From positions 18,104,001-18,168,000 of the forward strand of contig OX597815.1 in the NCBI GenBank assembly GCA_951406725.2: a stretch of DNA of 64,000 bases, given 5' to 3'. Both the position numbers and the translations under genes were made by a program. Origin of the DNA: Octopus vulgaris (taxonomy: Eukaryota). Position 1 is the stretch's first letter. Each line of letters opens with the position of its first letter. Shown one piece after another: positions 12,269 through 24,170 of the stretch. The notes below the pieces were generated by a model that was not told the DNA's origin, did no database searches, and was given only the letters and a program-made list of their open reading frames with translations.

Positions 12269-12623
12269 TATTATCTTTTACGCTTTACGTTCAAAATGTT
12301 TGAGCTGCCTCTTTCCATATTACGAAATGTTTTTTTCTTTTTCTCAAGGGAGGTTAAAATTTTACACCGCTGGGCAGAGCCCTGGTATATTACTTCTATT
12401 AATTTTAACCACTATAAAATGAAGAAACGTATCTCAGTATCATCGAACCCAGAACAAGGCAACAACGGAGTTTCTACATTGACCATCGGCCTGCTGACGG
12501 ACAATGATCCCGTTTGGAACATCTCCGACCATAAATCTACAAGGTTATGACTTCTGGAAGCTAAACATTAACAATAACAACAACAACAAAAGCAAAAATA
12601 TATTGACCGGGATTCGGTAATTT

Positions 12624-12841
12624 AACTCTTTTACTCTTTTACTTGTTTCAGTCATTTGACTGCGGCCATGCTGGAGCACCGCCTTTAGTCGAGCAAATCG
12701 ACCCCGGGACTTATTCTTTTGTAAGCCCAGTACTTATTCTATCGGTCTCTTTTGCCGAACCGCTAAGTGACGGGGACGTAAACACACCAGCATCGGTTTT
12801 CAAGCAATGCTAGGGGGACAAACACAGACACACAAACATAT

Positions 12842-12882
<41 letters not shown>

Positions 12883-13024
12883 CGACAGGCTTCTTTCAGT
12901 TTCCGTCTACCAAATCCACTCACAAGACATTGGTCGGCCAGAGGCTATAGCAGAAGACACTTGCCCAAGATGCCACGCAGTGGGACTGAACCCGGAACCA
13001 TGTTGTTGGTTAGCAAGCTACTTT
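12624..13024 (-). mobile_element. SINE family A body; its 5' head is displaced to 15257-15295 by an insertion
   Basis: Sequence stops at ...tggttagcaagctacttt and resumes at 15257 with tggtaaggaagctactttccacacagccactcctgcgcc. Confidence 0.9.
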
Positions 13025-13309
13025 ATTTCATTTAATTTGCCACAAGGGCAGTACACAGATAGTAGCTACGGGCTGGACATAGACATTAATGAATGATGGT
13101 GATGGAATGAAGATGGTGATGGGAGAAGACGAAAGCGCCCGCCGACCCCCGCTTCTCTAAATCAGTGTTCTTTTCAATAATTTTACAAAATTTTCAAAGT
13201 TTCACAAAAATACAAAAATTTCACATAAATTCCAAATTTTACAAATCACAATTTCAAAAGTTTTTCCAGAGGTAAAAAACCTCCATCACAATATAACACA
13301 AATACAGGT

Positions 13310-14510
13310 TCACGTTACCCGACCGATGAACGCTCTTGCCTCATTGACGCAATCGTTCGCCGTCAGGCCCCCGCATACAGGTAAAATTTGATAGGAGTCC
13401 TCCGGGAAAGACTTCACGAACCTGCACCGATCGTCATGGAGTAGGACCTCCGCAGCCAGCTGCGAAGGCCACTCGGGATACTCCATGCAGGACCGAAGTC
13501 CCTCCCATTGGTTTCTCTTCCTCATTTTACTTATTTCATCTTCCATTGTTCCTCCTTTGTAGAAGAGGACCACATAGTATTTCTCCGGCCACACAATCAC
13601 ATACGGCGGAGGAGACATTGGAGACGCCGTCTGCGTGTTACAATCCGCTGGCGGCGTTCCGTTTCTCTTCTTTCTTTTTTTCTTTTTACCGTGGGCCACG
13701 GGAGGTTGAGGTTCCGGTGTTGTACACGCCGGATCCACTCTGTCTCCCGTAGCTTCCTGGTCTTTTAGTGGGTCACCATTGTTCCCCACTTTTCGTTTTC
13801 TCGTTGAGGAAGTCTCCGCTTCCTCGTTCTGTTTCTCTCCCTCTATTGGTGGGGCAGGGAGAGGCTCCGATATCAACTTCTCCAGGATCCTACTTTGGTC
13901 CCTGGGGCATTTCTTCTTAATGTGGCCGGTCTCCGAACACAGGTGACACTTGGGGGCGCGTCCCTCAAGCATCACCGGATACTTGGATCCGGCCATCTTC
14001 AAGAAGTCTGGCAAAGCCAGACTCTTGGCCGACTGGGTCCACAGAGTCAAAGTAACCTTTCCTCCTTCCCAGTTAGCCGCAGGCTGCATTTTCACATTCA
14101 GGATCTTGGCGCTACCACCGCTCAGACCCCGGCGGATGGAATCTTCCACCCACTCGGGCTCAAAGCCGGGCGGCAGGCCACAGACCCATAAACGTAACAA
14201 TTTTTCCCCCTTGTAACTGGGGAGAAACAGAATCTCATCGCCCTCAATGGGCTGGCTTGCAAATTTGCAAGCTGCTTCAGCGGAGTCAAATAGCAACCAT
14301 ACCGTTGCGTATTTGACTCCCCGTTGAATATGTTTAACGGCTGGCATATAGTCTGCCAGCTCGTTCACAATGGTGTCTCTCGGAAAAACCATTATGGTGT
14401 CGAGTGACTTTGAATATGTCCTCAGCACCACGGTTCTTTCCTCGAGTTCGTGCAAATATTTTTTTGGGAGGTGTTAACTCCCACACATTGAATTTCTTTG
14501 CCTGTGCCAT
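13310..14510 (-). CDS. LINE ORF1/gag-like protein (putative RRM-like region, CX2CX4HX4C knuckle, basic stretch); about 399 aa if a 1-nt frameshift in the A7 run at 14459-14465 is corrected
   Basis: Open 381-codon frame 13310-14455 containing CHLCSETGHIKKKC and KKKKRKKR. The upstream ATG at 14510 gives MAQAKKFNVWELTPPKKYLHELEER if one A is removed. Confidence 0.8.
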
Positions 14511-14832
14511 AACGTAAAATACAACAGTTCAAAATGATAAACTAAAATTAGCCACAGAAAGGAGAATGAAAAAATGCAACAGAAGGGAAGAAATAAAATT
14601 GAAAATGGCAGTTCAAAAAAGTTTTTACAAATAAATAATAGACAGAGAAAGAGAGTTCAATTCAGACAAAGGAATTCAGTTCTTTTTTTTTTTCCACTTC
14701 TTCGGCCAAAAATTGTAATCCAGGCCAAATGCACTGTTGGTAAAACCCTTGGTAAATAATCCTTGGTAATCCGTAGACAACACAACGACAATTTCAACAA
14801 TAATTTTTTCAGACGGACTATGCCGCTTCAAA

Positions 14833-15222
14833 AATACAATTTCTTTTCACACGACACAGGCAGAAAAATTATATCTGGAGCAAAGTGGAGCCTTATTATT
14901 TGCTAAAAAATATTAAATGCTAAAAAACATTCATGCAAGTAATAAAACTTCACTAAACTCGCAAAAACATAAAACGCCTACCCGTAGTCGATTCGAACGT
15001 TCAATATTTCACGTTGAAACAACGCGACATCAATACAATTTTCTTTCCACTCGACACAGGCAGAAAAATTATATCCGGAGCAGAGTGGAGCCTTATTATC
15101 TGCTAAAAAATATTTAATGCTAAAAAACATTAATGCAAGTAATAAAACTTCACTTCGCTCACAAAAATACAAAATTCCTACCTTTAGTCGAGTCAAATGT
15201 TCAATAGTTCACGTTAACACGT
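14833..15222. repeat. Two ~199-bp tandem monomers in the 5' UTR of the ORF1-only element
   Basis: aatacaattt...cgacacaggcagaaaaattatat...ggagccttattat begins at 14833 and again at 15032. Confidence 0.9.
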
Positions 15223-15849
15223 GGCATTTGCCGGAGCAAAAAACAAGACGTCTGTCTGGTAAGGAAGCTACTTTCCACACAGCCACTCCTGCGCCTACTG
15301 TTAACATTAATCTTATTATTTTTTTTAAAGTTTCAGCTCAGAGCTGCGGCCATGCTGATGCACCGCCGTTTGTAGATATCATTTCGCTATCAGGATATTG
15401 AAAATCACATTGATATTAGATTTGATAATTATTCTTATAAGATCTTTGATTACTGGTAATTAACTTATTTAGATATTTCTCTGTGGCTTTCCTTACACAA
15501 TTTATTTGGCAAGAGTAAAATTGTTATAATTTAACAAGTAGTACTGTTACAGTTTATATTTCAAATTAATCAACATACGATTCCAGTGACTGGACTTTAT
15601 GGAATTCAATTAGCGTATAATGTGAACTTGAATCATCTTTCGTAACTAACTGATATTAATGTCTGAACTCTGAAACTATACGTCATAGATATTAGTCAAA
15701 AGGTATGAGCAAAACCAATTAGATAAATAACTGATTTGGCACCGAAAATAGATAAAAAAAAGATGGATATTCAATCCAACTCCCACCGAAAAAACAGGTG
15801 AAATAATTTTCTTTATTTAAAGAAAAAATGGATGCTATTTCGTAGTCTC

Positions 15850-16260
15850 TCTTTTACTCTTTTACTCTTTTACTTGTTTCAGTCATTTGACTGCGGCCAT
15901 GCTGGAGCACCGCCTTTAATCGAGCAACTCGACCCCAGGACTTATTCTTTTGTAAGCCCAGTACTTATTCTATCGGTCTCTTTTGCCGAACCACAAAGTG
16001 ACGGTGACATAAACACACCAGCATCGGTTGTCAAGCAATGCTAGGGGGACAAACACAAACATACACGCACACACATATCTACATATATATACATATATAC
16101 GACGGGCTTCTTTCAGTTACCGTCTACCAAATCCACTCACAAGGCTTTGGTCGGCCCGAGGCTATAGTAGAAGACACTTGCCCAAGGTGCCACGCAGTGG
16201 GACTGAACCCGGAACCATGTGGTTGGTAAACAAGCTACTTACCACACAGCCACTCCTGCG
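15850..16260 (-). mobile_element. SINE family A, full length
   Basis: Near-identical to 9566-9961. Confidence 0.92.
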
Positions 16261-16324
16261 TAGGTGTATACATGAAAGTTAACAGGAAATATATGTATAT
16301 TTTGTGACTTGTAATATCTAATGT

Positions 16325-16530
16325 AGCGATCTGGCAGAATCGTTAGGACGTTGGACGAAATGCTTGGCGGCAGTTCTTCCCGTTCTCTACGTTCTGACTT
16401 CAAATACAGGTTTGCATTTCATCCTTTCGGCGTTGATAAAATAAAGTACCAGTCAAGAGAACTGGTATCGAAGTAATTGACTTACCCACCCTCCTAAAAT
16501 TGTTGGCCTTGTGCCAAAATTTGAAATCAT
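16325..16530 (+). mobile_element. Older SINE-B subfamily (B2; same head and core, tail ...ggccttgtgccaaaatttgaaa)
   Basis: Related copies near 20710-20880(-), 24190-24380, 29185-29400, 33160-33350(-) and 45450-45600. Confidence 0.75.
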
Positions 16531-18119
16531 TATTGCTGTAAGCTTTAGTACAACCTTAATCGGGAGATCTATGATCAAGTTCATTCGAGCAATAATCATT
16601 CCAGCTTGTTTTTTAGATATATTGTATTCAGGACAGCATTTGTAATGTACCCTCTGTTTTTTCTTTAAAGATGATAGGGTATTTAAATTCAGAGAGATTA
16701 ACTAGTTATTTCTAGCAGGATGAGAAACCACTTAGTGGAATCTACGTAAAGGAAAGATGTGTATCGTTCGATGAGGAAGTGTGTACAGAAGTTTTATTGT
16801 TTGTCCTGAAACATCTTTGAAACAAGGACTCATCCAAATTTGGGAACTGTCTCATTTGAACATAAATATCGTTAATTGTAAAAGAAGACTTAAATGCATT
16901 TGAAACTGATTAGAAATTAAAACTTTCAAAGACTTGCAGCATATCCACGTCCTGTGATTACACCTAGCACCAACTTTTTATATTGTCGAAATAGTGAGTC
17001 ACTACGTGGTTGCCCTGTATGCTAGAAATAGCACCCGGATCTTACCTTAGTATCCTGCCATTTTCAAAAAGTAAGGTCACTTTAGAACAATTTAGTTCTA
17101 GATATAACCGAAGGTATACAAAAAGACAGAATAACCATGGCTAGAATACCTTTGGCTGATTGGTCAGCTTGACCAGGACTGATTGGTGTCAGTCTGCAAT
17201 AGAATTCTAGGAAAGTAGAAGTGGCAGGGCAAATGAGATTAATTTAAGATAGTAACTGAGACAGAGAGAGAGAGAGAGAGCGAGAGTCTACTGTAGTTGG
17301 TATCAGTGTTAAAGAGGTGTTACTGTCTATTGTGAAAAGATTGTTTCATACAATCAAAGAGGACAGATTGACTGGATATTTAAAATAAAATAAATATATT
17401 GCTTACAATAAATAAATAAATGAATAAAAGAAATATGGGCGATAAACACTTTTCTATCCTGATATCACTTTCAAGAGAAGAAAATAATGTTAAAAGCAAC
17501 AACAGTATAGATGTCAAGAGAAAAAAACAACAAAAAACAAACAAAAACTAACACACAAAAAAACTGACAAAAAAATTATTAAAACAGCAAATATTGGTAT
17601 TATATTTCTATCACACTTCCTAAAATGTTCAGACGGTGCTTTGACAATTATCTGACATTTTCTTCATTAAAACTAAGATGATAAAAGATTTGAAATTTCA
17701 ATTTTGATCTGCATCCAATGAATGTATAAGTGGTGTTTACACGGTAAAAGAGCCAGACACTTGTGATATCAAGATGAGATAAAACAGAGCTGAAGTGCTT
17801 GGCATTTGCTGCAATAACGACGCATATTGCAACGCGTCGTGGAGGGTAAAACGATTGTGATACGTTTTATATTAGAAAGTCGTATATTAACTAAAATAGT
17901 TAACGCTATGACGATGAAGTAGATTATCAACTTACCCAAAGCAAAAAAAAAAAAAAAAATTTTTTTAGATAATTTATAGGCGCAGGAGTGGCTGTGTGGT
18001 AAGCAGCTTGCTTCCCAACCACATGGTTCTGGGTTCAGTCCCACTACACTATGACTATGAAGTAGATTATCAACTTACCCAAAGCAAAAAAAAAAATAAA
18101 ATTTCTTAGATAATTTATA

Positions 18120-18532
18120 GGCGCAGGAGTGGCTGTGTGGTAAGTAGCTTGCTTCCCAACCACATGGTTCTGGGTTCAGTCCCACTGCGTGGCATCTTGG
18201 GCAAGTGTCTTCTGCTATAGCCTCGGGCCGACCAAAGCCTTGTGAGTGGATTTGGTAGACAGAAACTGATGAAAGAAGCCCGTCGTATATATGTATATGT
18301 ATATATGTGTGTGTGTGTTTGTGTGTGTGTGTTTGTCCCCCCCCCCAACGTCGCTTGACAACCGATGCTGGTGTGTTTACGTCCCCGTAACTTAGCGGTT
18401 CGGCAAAAAAGACCGATAGAATAAGTACTAGGCTTACAAAGAATAAGTCCTGGGGTCGATTTGCTCGACTAAAGGCGGTGCTCCAGCATGGCCACAGTCA
18501 AATGACTGAAACAAGTAAAAGAGTAAAAGAGT
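18120..18532 (+). mobile_element. SINE family A, full length
   Basis: A and B boxes, internal microsatellite, (GAGTAAAA)n tail. Confidence 0.93.
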
Positions 18533-19372
18533 ATAATTATTTTTGCTATATTTCTCTCACAATTAAACATTAACATTGATTTATGGTTCAGCTCTGAATT
18601 CAAGAAATGGTCAGCGTAGTTCCACTTTCGAGCTCATTTATAGTTTCAAAGTTCTGAGGTTGGAGCCAATAGGCCCTTGAAAATATCAACCATAATTTAT
18701 GTTTTCTTTTCATTATAGCTAATTATGCAAATAACTACTTTAATGATAATTCAAGTGAATGACTGTTTCTGACGTAAACAGTAAATGTGAAATTATATTA
18801 TCCTAAAATTAGATTTATTGTCTGAGTACGTAGCATAGCCAGGGTCGTAGAAATTTGCGGTGGAGATCAGAAGACGCATAACCAAACAGAACAACTGAAA
18901 TAAACAACAAAACCAAAGAAATAAATCAAACCAAATGTGAATCTGTATTTGTTTATAAATTGATATTTGAGATGAGAAAGAAAGGAAGTAGAACATATGT
19001 TTCATAATATCTTACACTCAACGTATTTCTGCAAAATATAAACATATTTTACTTTCAGTAGAATTTTAAAAAATAAAATGACACATTTGTGCTTGATTTA
19101 ACGCAAAAAAGGGGTATGGTTGTTCGTTTTTTCTTTTGTGTGGTAAGAGTTAAGCCAAACTACTAATATCCGTCAATCATTCCATATGAATACACAAAAA
19201 CTAAATGGAAATTTACATATGATTCTTTTTAATTAAAAAAAATTCAATAATTTGCTTTTCAAATGAATGTGAGATCACCGCACAGTTAGAAATTATTAGT
19301 TATTCAGGCCAGATAGCGATTAATCAAGTAAAATCATTAACTCTGACGTTCTATTAAATCTTCAAAACTGGA

Positions 19373-19429
19373 AAGAGAGAGTGAGAGATGGATAGAGAGA
19401 GAGAGAGAAAGAGAGAGTGAGAGATGGAT

Positions 19430-19494
<65 letters not shown>
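19373..19494. repeat. (GA)n microsatellite
   Basis: Direct reading. Confidence 0.97.
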
Positions 19495-19497
<3 letters not shown>

Positions 19498-19897
19498 TCA
19501 TGCCATAAATATCTTGTGAATATTGTTATCCGCATTTTTTTTTTTCTGAGGACCAAGATTTTTGCGAGTAGCAAGAAAAAGAAATCTCTACTATGGAAAA
19601 GAAAAAATGAAAAAGAACCAAAACTAAACAGTAAATCATAAATTATTGATTTCTGTTTGTTCTTTCTTCAGGATAATGACCTTTGTGTAAAGAGGAAGAT
19701 ATACTCCATCGCTGCGTGTTAGCTGTGGTTATACATCAACGACCATCTGACAATATTCCAACCTCTAAGTGCTACAGAATAAAAGAAGTTCTCTACAATA
19801 GGAACAGCTAAAGTAGTTGATATAAAAGTATGAAAATACTGAAGAATTGAAACTTATTCTGATAAACTCTAGACTGGTTTTCTTGAGAGGGAAAATG

Positions 19898-20328
19898 GGA
19901 TCTTTTTGGTTTGAACGGCAGTTTTTAACATAATTTCTAGGTAACTAAAAAATTTTAAACTTCGTATACTGGTAGAATGTGTTTATAAAACATATTTTTC
20001 TCATGGCTTTATTGAGAAACTTCTATAGTTTGTAAGATATTTATTGTTTTTTGTTCAATTTCTGCCATTTCAACCAATCAATGACGTCCATTGAGCTAAA
20101 CAACATTCTGTGCCGTATGAATATGTCCCTCGTTTAAGAAACAGATTTGGTTTATTTACATTTGTGAAGAAAAAAAAGATACCCTTCCCCCACCCCTAAG
20201 CCTAACCCTAAGTAACCCTAACCCTAAAACACATTGAGATGCAATAGATCGATACTAGGGTCATAATTATGGATGACAATTTCATATGACACCGCTAGAA
20301 AAAACTGCCGTTCAAACCGAAAAGATCC
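19898..20328. mobile_element. MITE with 28-bp TIRs and 8-bp TSD (Merlin-like), with internal telomere-like repeats
   Basis: TIR GGATCTTTT(C/T)GGTTTGAACGGCAGTTTT; TSD GGAAAATG on both sides; internal CCCTAA motifs. Confidence 0.88.
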
Positions 20329-22599
20329 GGAAAATGCAATGGCCTTTCTGGGCATCGTTGTGTCTCATCTCCTTGGGCCTTAATATTTTATTTCTTTTAA
20401 TTCCAGTGGAATTGTTGCTATTGTTTTAGATCCCCTTCCAAGGTTAGCCCTGATCGAAGAGATCCATGATGAGACATTCCAGTTATGACCATTCCATCCT
20501 TCTTTTATTGTCATCTTTTGACTGGCCTTCAATCTATGGCCATCACCACATTTTTTTTAATATATTTTAGAACAAGATTGTTGTATGTGTCCCTTACTTT
20601 TTCGGGATACGTCAGGGTGTGATTTGAGGGAAGTAAACTGCTATTTCTAACACATTCAGCAATCTTGTAGAAGAGCACTTGATTGATAATTAGGTGGGCA
20701 AAGGACTAGTCGATAACATCGATCCCAGTGTCCAACTGGTACTTATTCTATCACCATCCTCCGAAAGGATGAAAAACAAAGTTGACCTCGGCGGAATTTG
20801 AACTCAGAACCTAGAAAGCCGGAAGAAATGCCGTTAAATATTTTGTCCGGCGTGCTAACGATTCTGCAAGCCCACTGCCTTACACAGGCATGCATTCTGG
20901 TTTCAGCAATAAGTATTCCGGTGGTTCGATCAACTGAACTACTTGCTCACTGAATTATAGGATAACTGGCTGAGTATTCCACAGTTACGCATAATCCTCA
21001 GGCAGAATCAGCTCGGCCTTTGACTTAAAGGCACAGTTAATTTTGTAAGCGTCTGCACAGTTTCATCTCTACTCAAGATCCGTCACAAGGTCTAAGTTAA
21101 CCAAAAGCTGTGGTATGAGACATTTTGCCCAACTTGCTACGCAGTGGGATCGAATTTGGGATATTATGATAGCTGATCAAGATTCTTAACTACTTGTTAT
21201 ACCTGTGTCCAACTATCTGCAGACAGATACAGACAAATACACACAACTGTAGATGGCAGTTACATCTTCAACATACTTAAATGGTTCTACGTCTGCATTC
21301 TATTGTATCTTTAAGCAAAGCATTTTAACCATCGCGACTCCTTTAAATTAATTAGCCTAGATACACTTGACGATTATATAAAAAAAAAAACTTTTGCTGA
21401 GGAGGTCTGATAACGCGGAAAAATATCTGAAATAATATCTTATTCTTACTGAAATTGCACTGGTCAACGAGAATAATGTCTTTTCCTCACTGCAAATAAG
21501 ATTTTTGATGGTCACTGTATTAAATATGTTAAAACTAATTTAACTACATGAAGTATATTTTGAGAAAGTTAACTGTAGCAGTTATTGGCATAATGTGCAA
21601 TAAACCAGAATTTATATTCTGAAGAACACCCGGGAGTTGGGAAAATATTGATACATACAAGCTTTACTAAATAAAACACCAGTTTCCTAACTTTATAACA
21701 AGATCTTTGCAAATGAGCGTAAATTATTTGAAATATAAAATTATTTTGTTACCTTCCGCTAGAGACTGCCAGCGTTTGGTCCATGAGATTAGTATTCATG
21801 TTGAATATTTCTAAATTGGAGAAATGTTGGTGGGGAGGGTATACCAAACGGATGCAGTTATGGGAAAGAGGACTGGTTGAAGTATTTATTGTGGGGTCTG
21901 GAAGAAGGGATACAACGAAGCTGGCGCGAAGAGGCGAGACGAGCGGAATGGGCTGCTCATGTGAAAGCATGCTGCAATCTAGATCAGAAGGAAAAGAAAA
22001 AAGGAACCGCGCAGTGGGATTGAATCTAGAACGGTAGGGTGGTTGCGAATTGAACTCCCTAGCCACCATGCATGCGTCTATATAAATAATGCAGTTGTTA
22101 CTTCGAGAGAAACGTTATAATTACGTAAAATTAATAATATAATCAATAAAGGAGTGGAGGAGGGTGGGCGAGTCAGTGTTTGTAACCGTCCATCAAGTGT
22201 TATAGAAATAACGAAGTGCTGTACCGAGATAAAAGGGAGATGGAAGTAGGCTTCTGTAAGATGTCACATTTAATTATAGGTTTGTGGATATTTTGAAACA
22301 TCGAGAGAGAGAGGAAAGTCACAGAATAAATGTTAAGTAATAAAATAGTTTATAAGGGATCAATGTGGAGAAATTATTCATGTGCAGACTTATCAATAAT
22401 ATGTTGATCTCTCACACATACACACATACACACATACAGCCTTTCAGACAGCCAACCAACCATACGCAAGGGTATTTATGCACACCCATAAATTTTTACA
22501 AACGGGTATGCATATGTAAATCAAATAATAGACGCATAAAAATACACATATACATGCTGATGAAATGCATATACGCAATTATGAACACATTCATTTGAG

Positions 22600-22602
22600 T
22601 GT

Positions 22603-22649
<47 letters not shown>

Positions 22650-22796
22650 TACATACATACATATATACATATATACATACATACATATATATATACATAC
22701 ATACATATATACATACATACATACATACATACTTACATACATACATATATACATACATACATATATACATACATACATATATACATACATACATAT

Positions 22797-22843
<47 letters not shown>

Positions 22844-22850
22844 TACATAC

Positions 22851-22905
<55 letters not shown>

Positions 22906-22943
22906 CATATATATATACATACATACATATATACATACATACA

Positions 22944-22979
<36 letters not shown>

Positions 22980-23006
22980 TACATACATATACATATATAT
23001 ATATAT

Positions 23007-23065
<59 letters not shown>

Positions 23066-23126
23066 CATACATACATATATACATACATACATATATACAT
23101 ACATACATATATACATACATACATAT

Positions 23127-23176
<50 letters not shown>
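22600..23176. repeat. (TA)n/(TACA)n compound microsatellite
   Basis: Direct reading. Confidence 0.98.
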
Positions 23177-23180
<4 letters not shown>

Positions 23181-23789
23181 GGCGTATAGAAGCATGTGGG
23201 TATCTGTTTATGAAACAGAATGCTATAATTAAAGTGTCTGAAAATAGTTTCACCTCAGAAATCAGATTTCTTTGATTACATTACATGAAACAAACCCTAA
23301 AATACAATAAATACACGGAGCGACTTAAGTGCTTAAACATGGGTACATGAAATACCATCTATAAAGACATGTTTCACTCTCGCCTCATCGTCTCTTTTTT
23401 TCCCCCCTTTAGCTTGGTCTGGTCTAGCTTTGCCATGGTTTTTGCAGAATGCTATAATTAAAGTGTCTGAATTAATAGTTCTGCTCAGAACAGATTTGTA
23501 TGATTAACACTTACATGAAACAAACCCTGAACAATACAATAAACGTACACGGAGTGACTTGTGCAGGGATCAGGGGAGGGTTGGAAACAACAAGGGAAAA
23601 GCGGACAAAATTTTCCGAGATATTTACTTACATTCCTTTACTTTTTGAGTTCAAATTGCACCAAAGTCTACTTTGTGCTTTACTATCTCAGGGTTAGTAA
23701 AATAAAGAGCCACTAAAATGTTCTGGACTATTCAATCGAATGTAGCCATCACCCATGTTAAAAGCTAAGCATTATTTTAATGATGGTCT

Positions 23790-24170
23790 AAGGCGGCGAA
23801 CTGGCAAAATCGTTATCATGCCGGGTGATAGCAGTATTTTGTCTGCCGCTACGTTCTGAGTTCAAATTCTGCCGAGGTCGACTTTGCCTTTTATCCTTTC
23901 GGGGTCGATTAAATGAGTACCAGTTACGCACTGGGGTCGATATAATCGATTTAATCCGTTTGTCTGTCCTTGCTTGTCCTCTCTATGTGTAGCCCCTTGT
24001 AGGTAGTGAAGAAATAGAAATAGGCATTTCGTCTGTCTAAATTCAAAATTCCACCGAGATCGACTTTACCTTTCTTCCTTTGATAAAAGAAAGTACCAAC
24101 TGAGTACAGGGGTCGAGGTGATCGTCAAGATCCCTCCCCTAAAATTTCAGGCTTTATGTCCATTGTAGAG
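23790..24170 (+). mobile_element. SINE-B unit fused upstream of an older B2 body
   Basis: Head plus young-type tail ...gaaatagaaata|ggcatttcg, followed by a diverged body with a B2-type tail. Confidence 0.75.

Larger units (their letters stand above)
13025..15256 (-). mobile_element. ORF1-only non-autonomous non-LTR retroelement (HAL1-like architecture, probably L1/Tx1 group)
   Basis: 18-bp flanking duplication (13007-13024 and 15257-15274, 2 mismatches), 5' tandem ~200-bp monomers, a single ORF with a CCHC knuckle, short 3' UTR ending CCCTTGTGGCAAATTAAATGAAATA, no RT or endonuclease. Confidence 0.8.

Noticed and set aside
18120-18190. tRNA gene candidates at SINE heads
   Set aside because: A and B boxes are present but continue into SINE bodies, and no full cloverleaf is evident.
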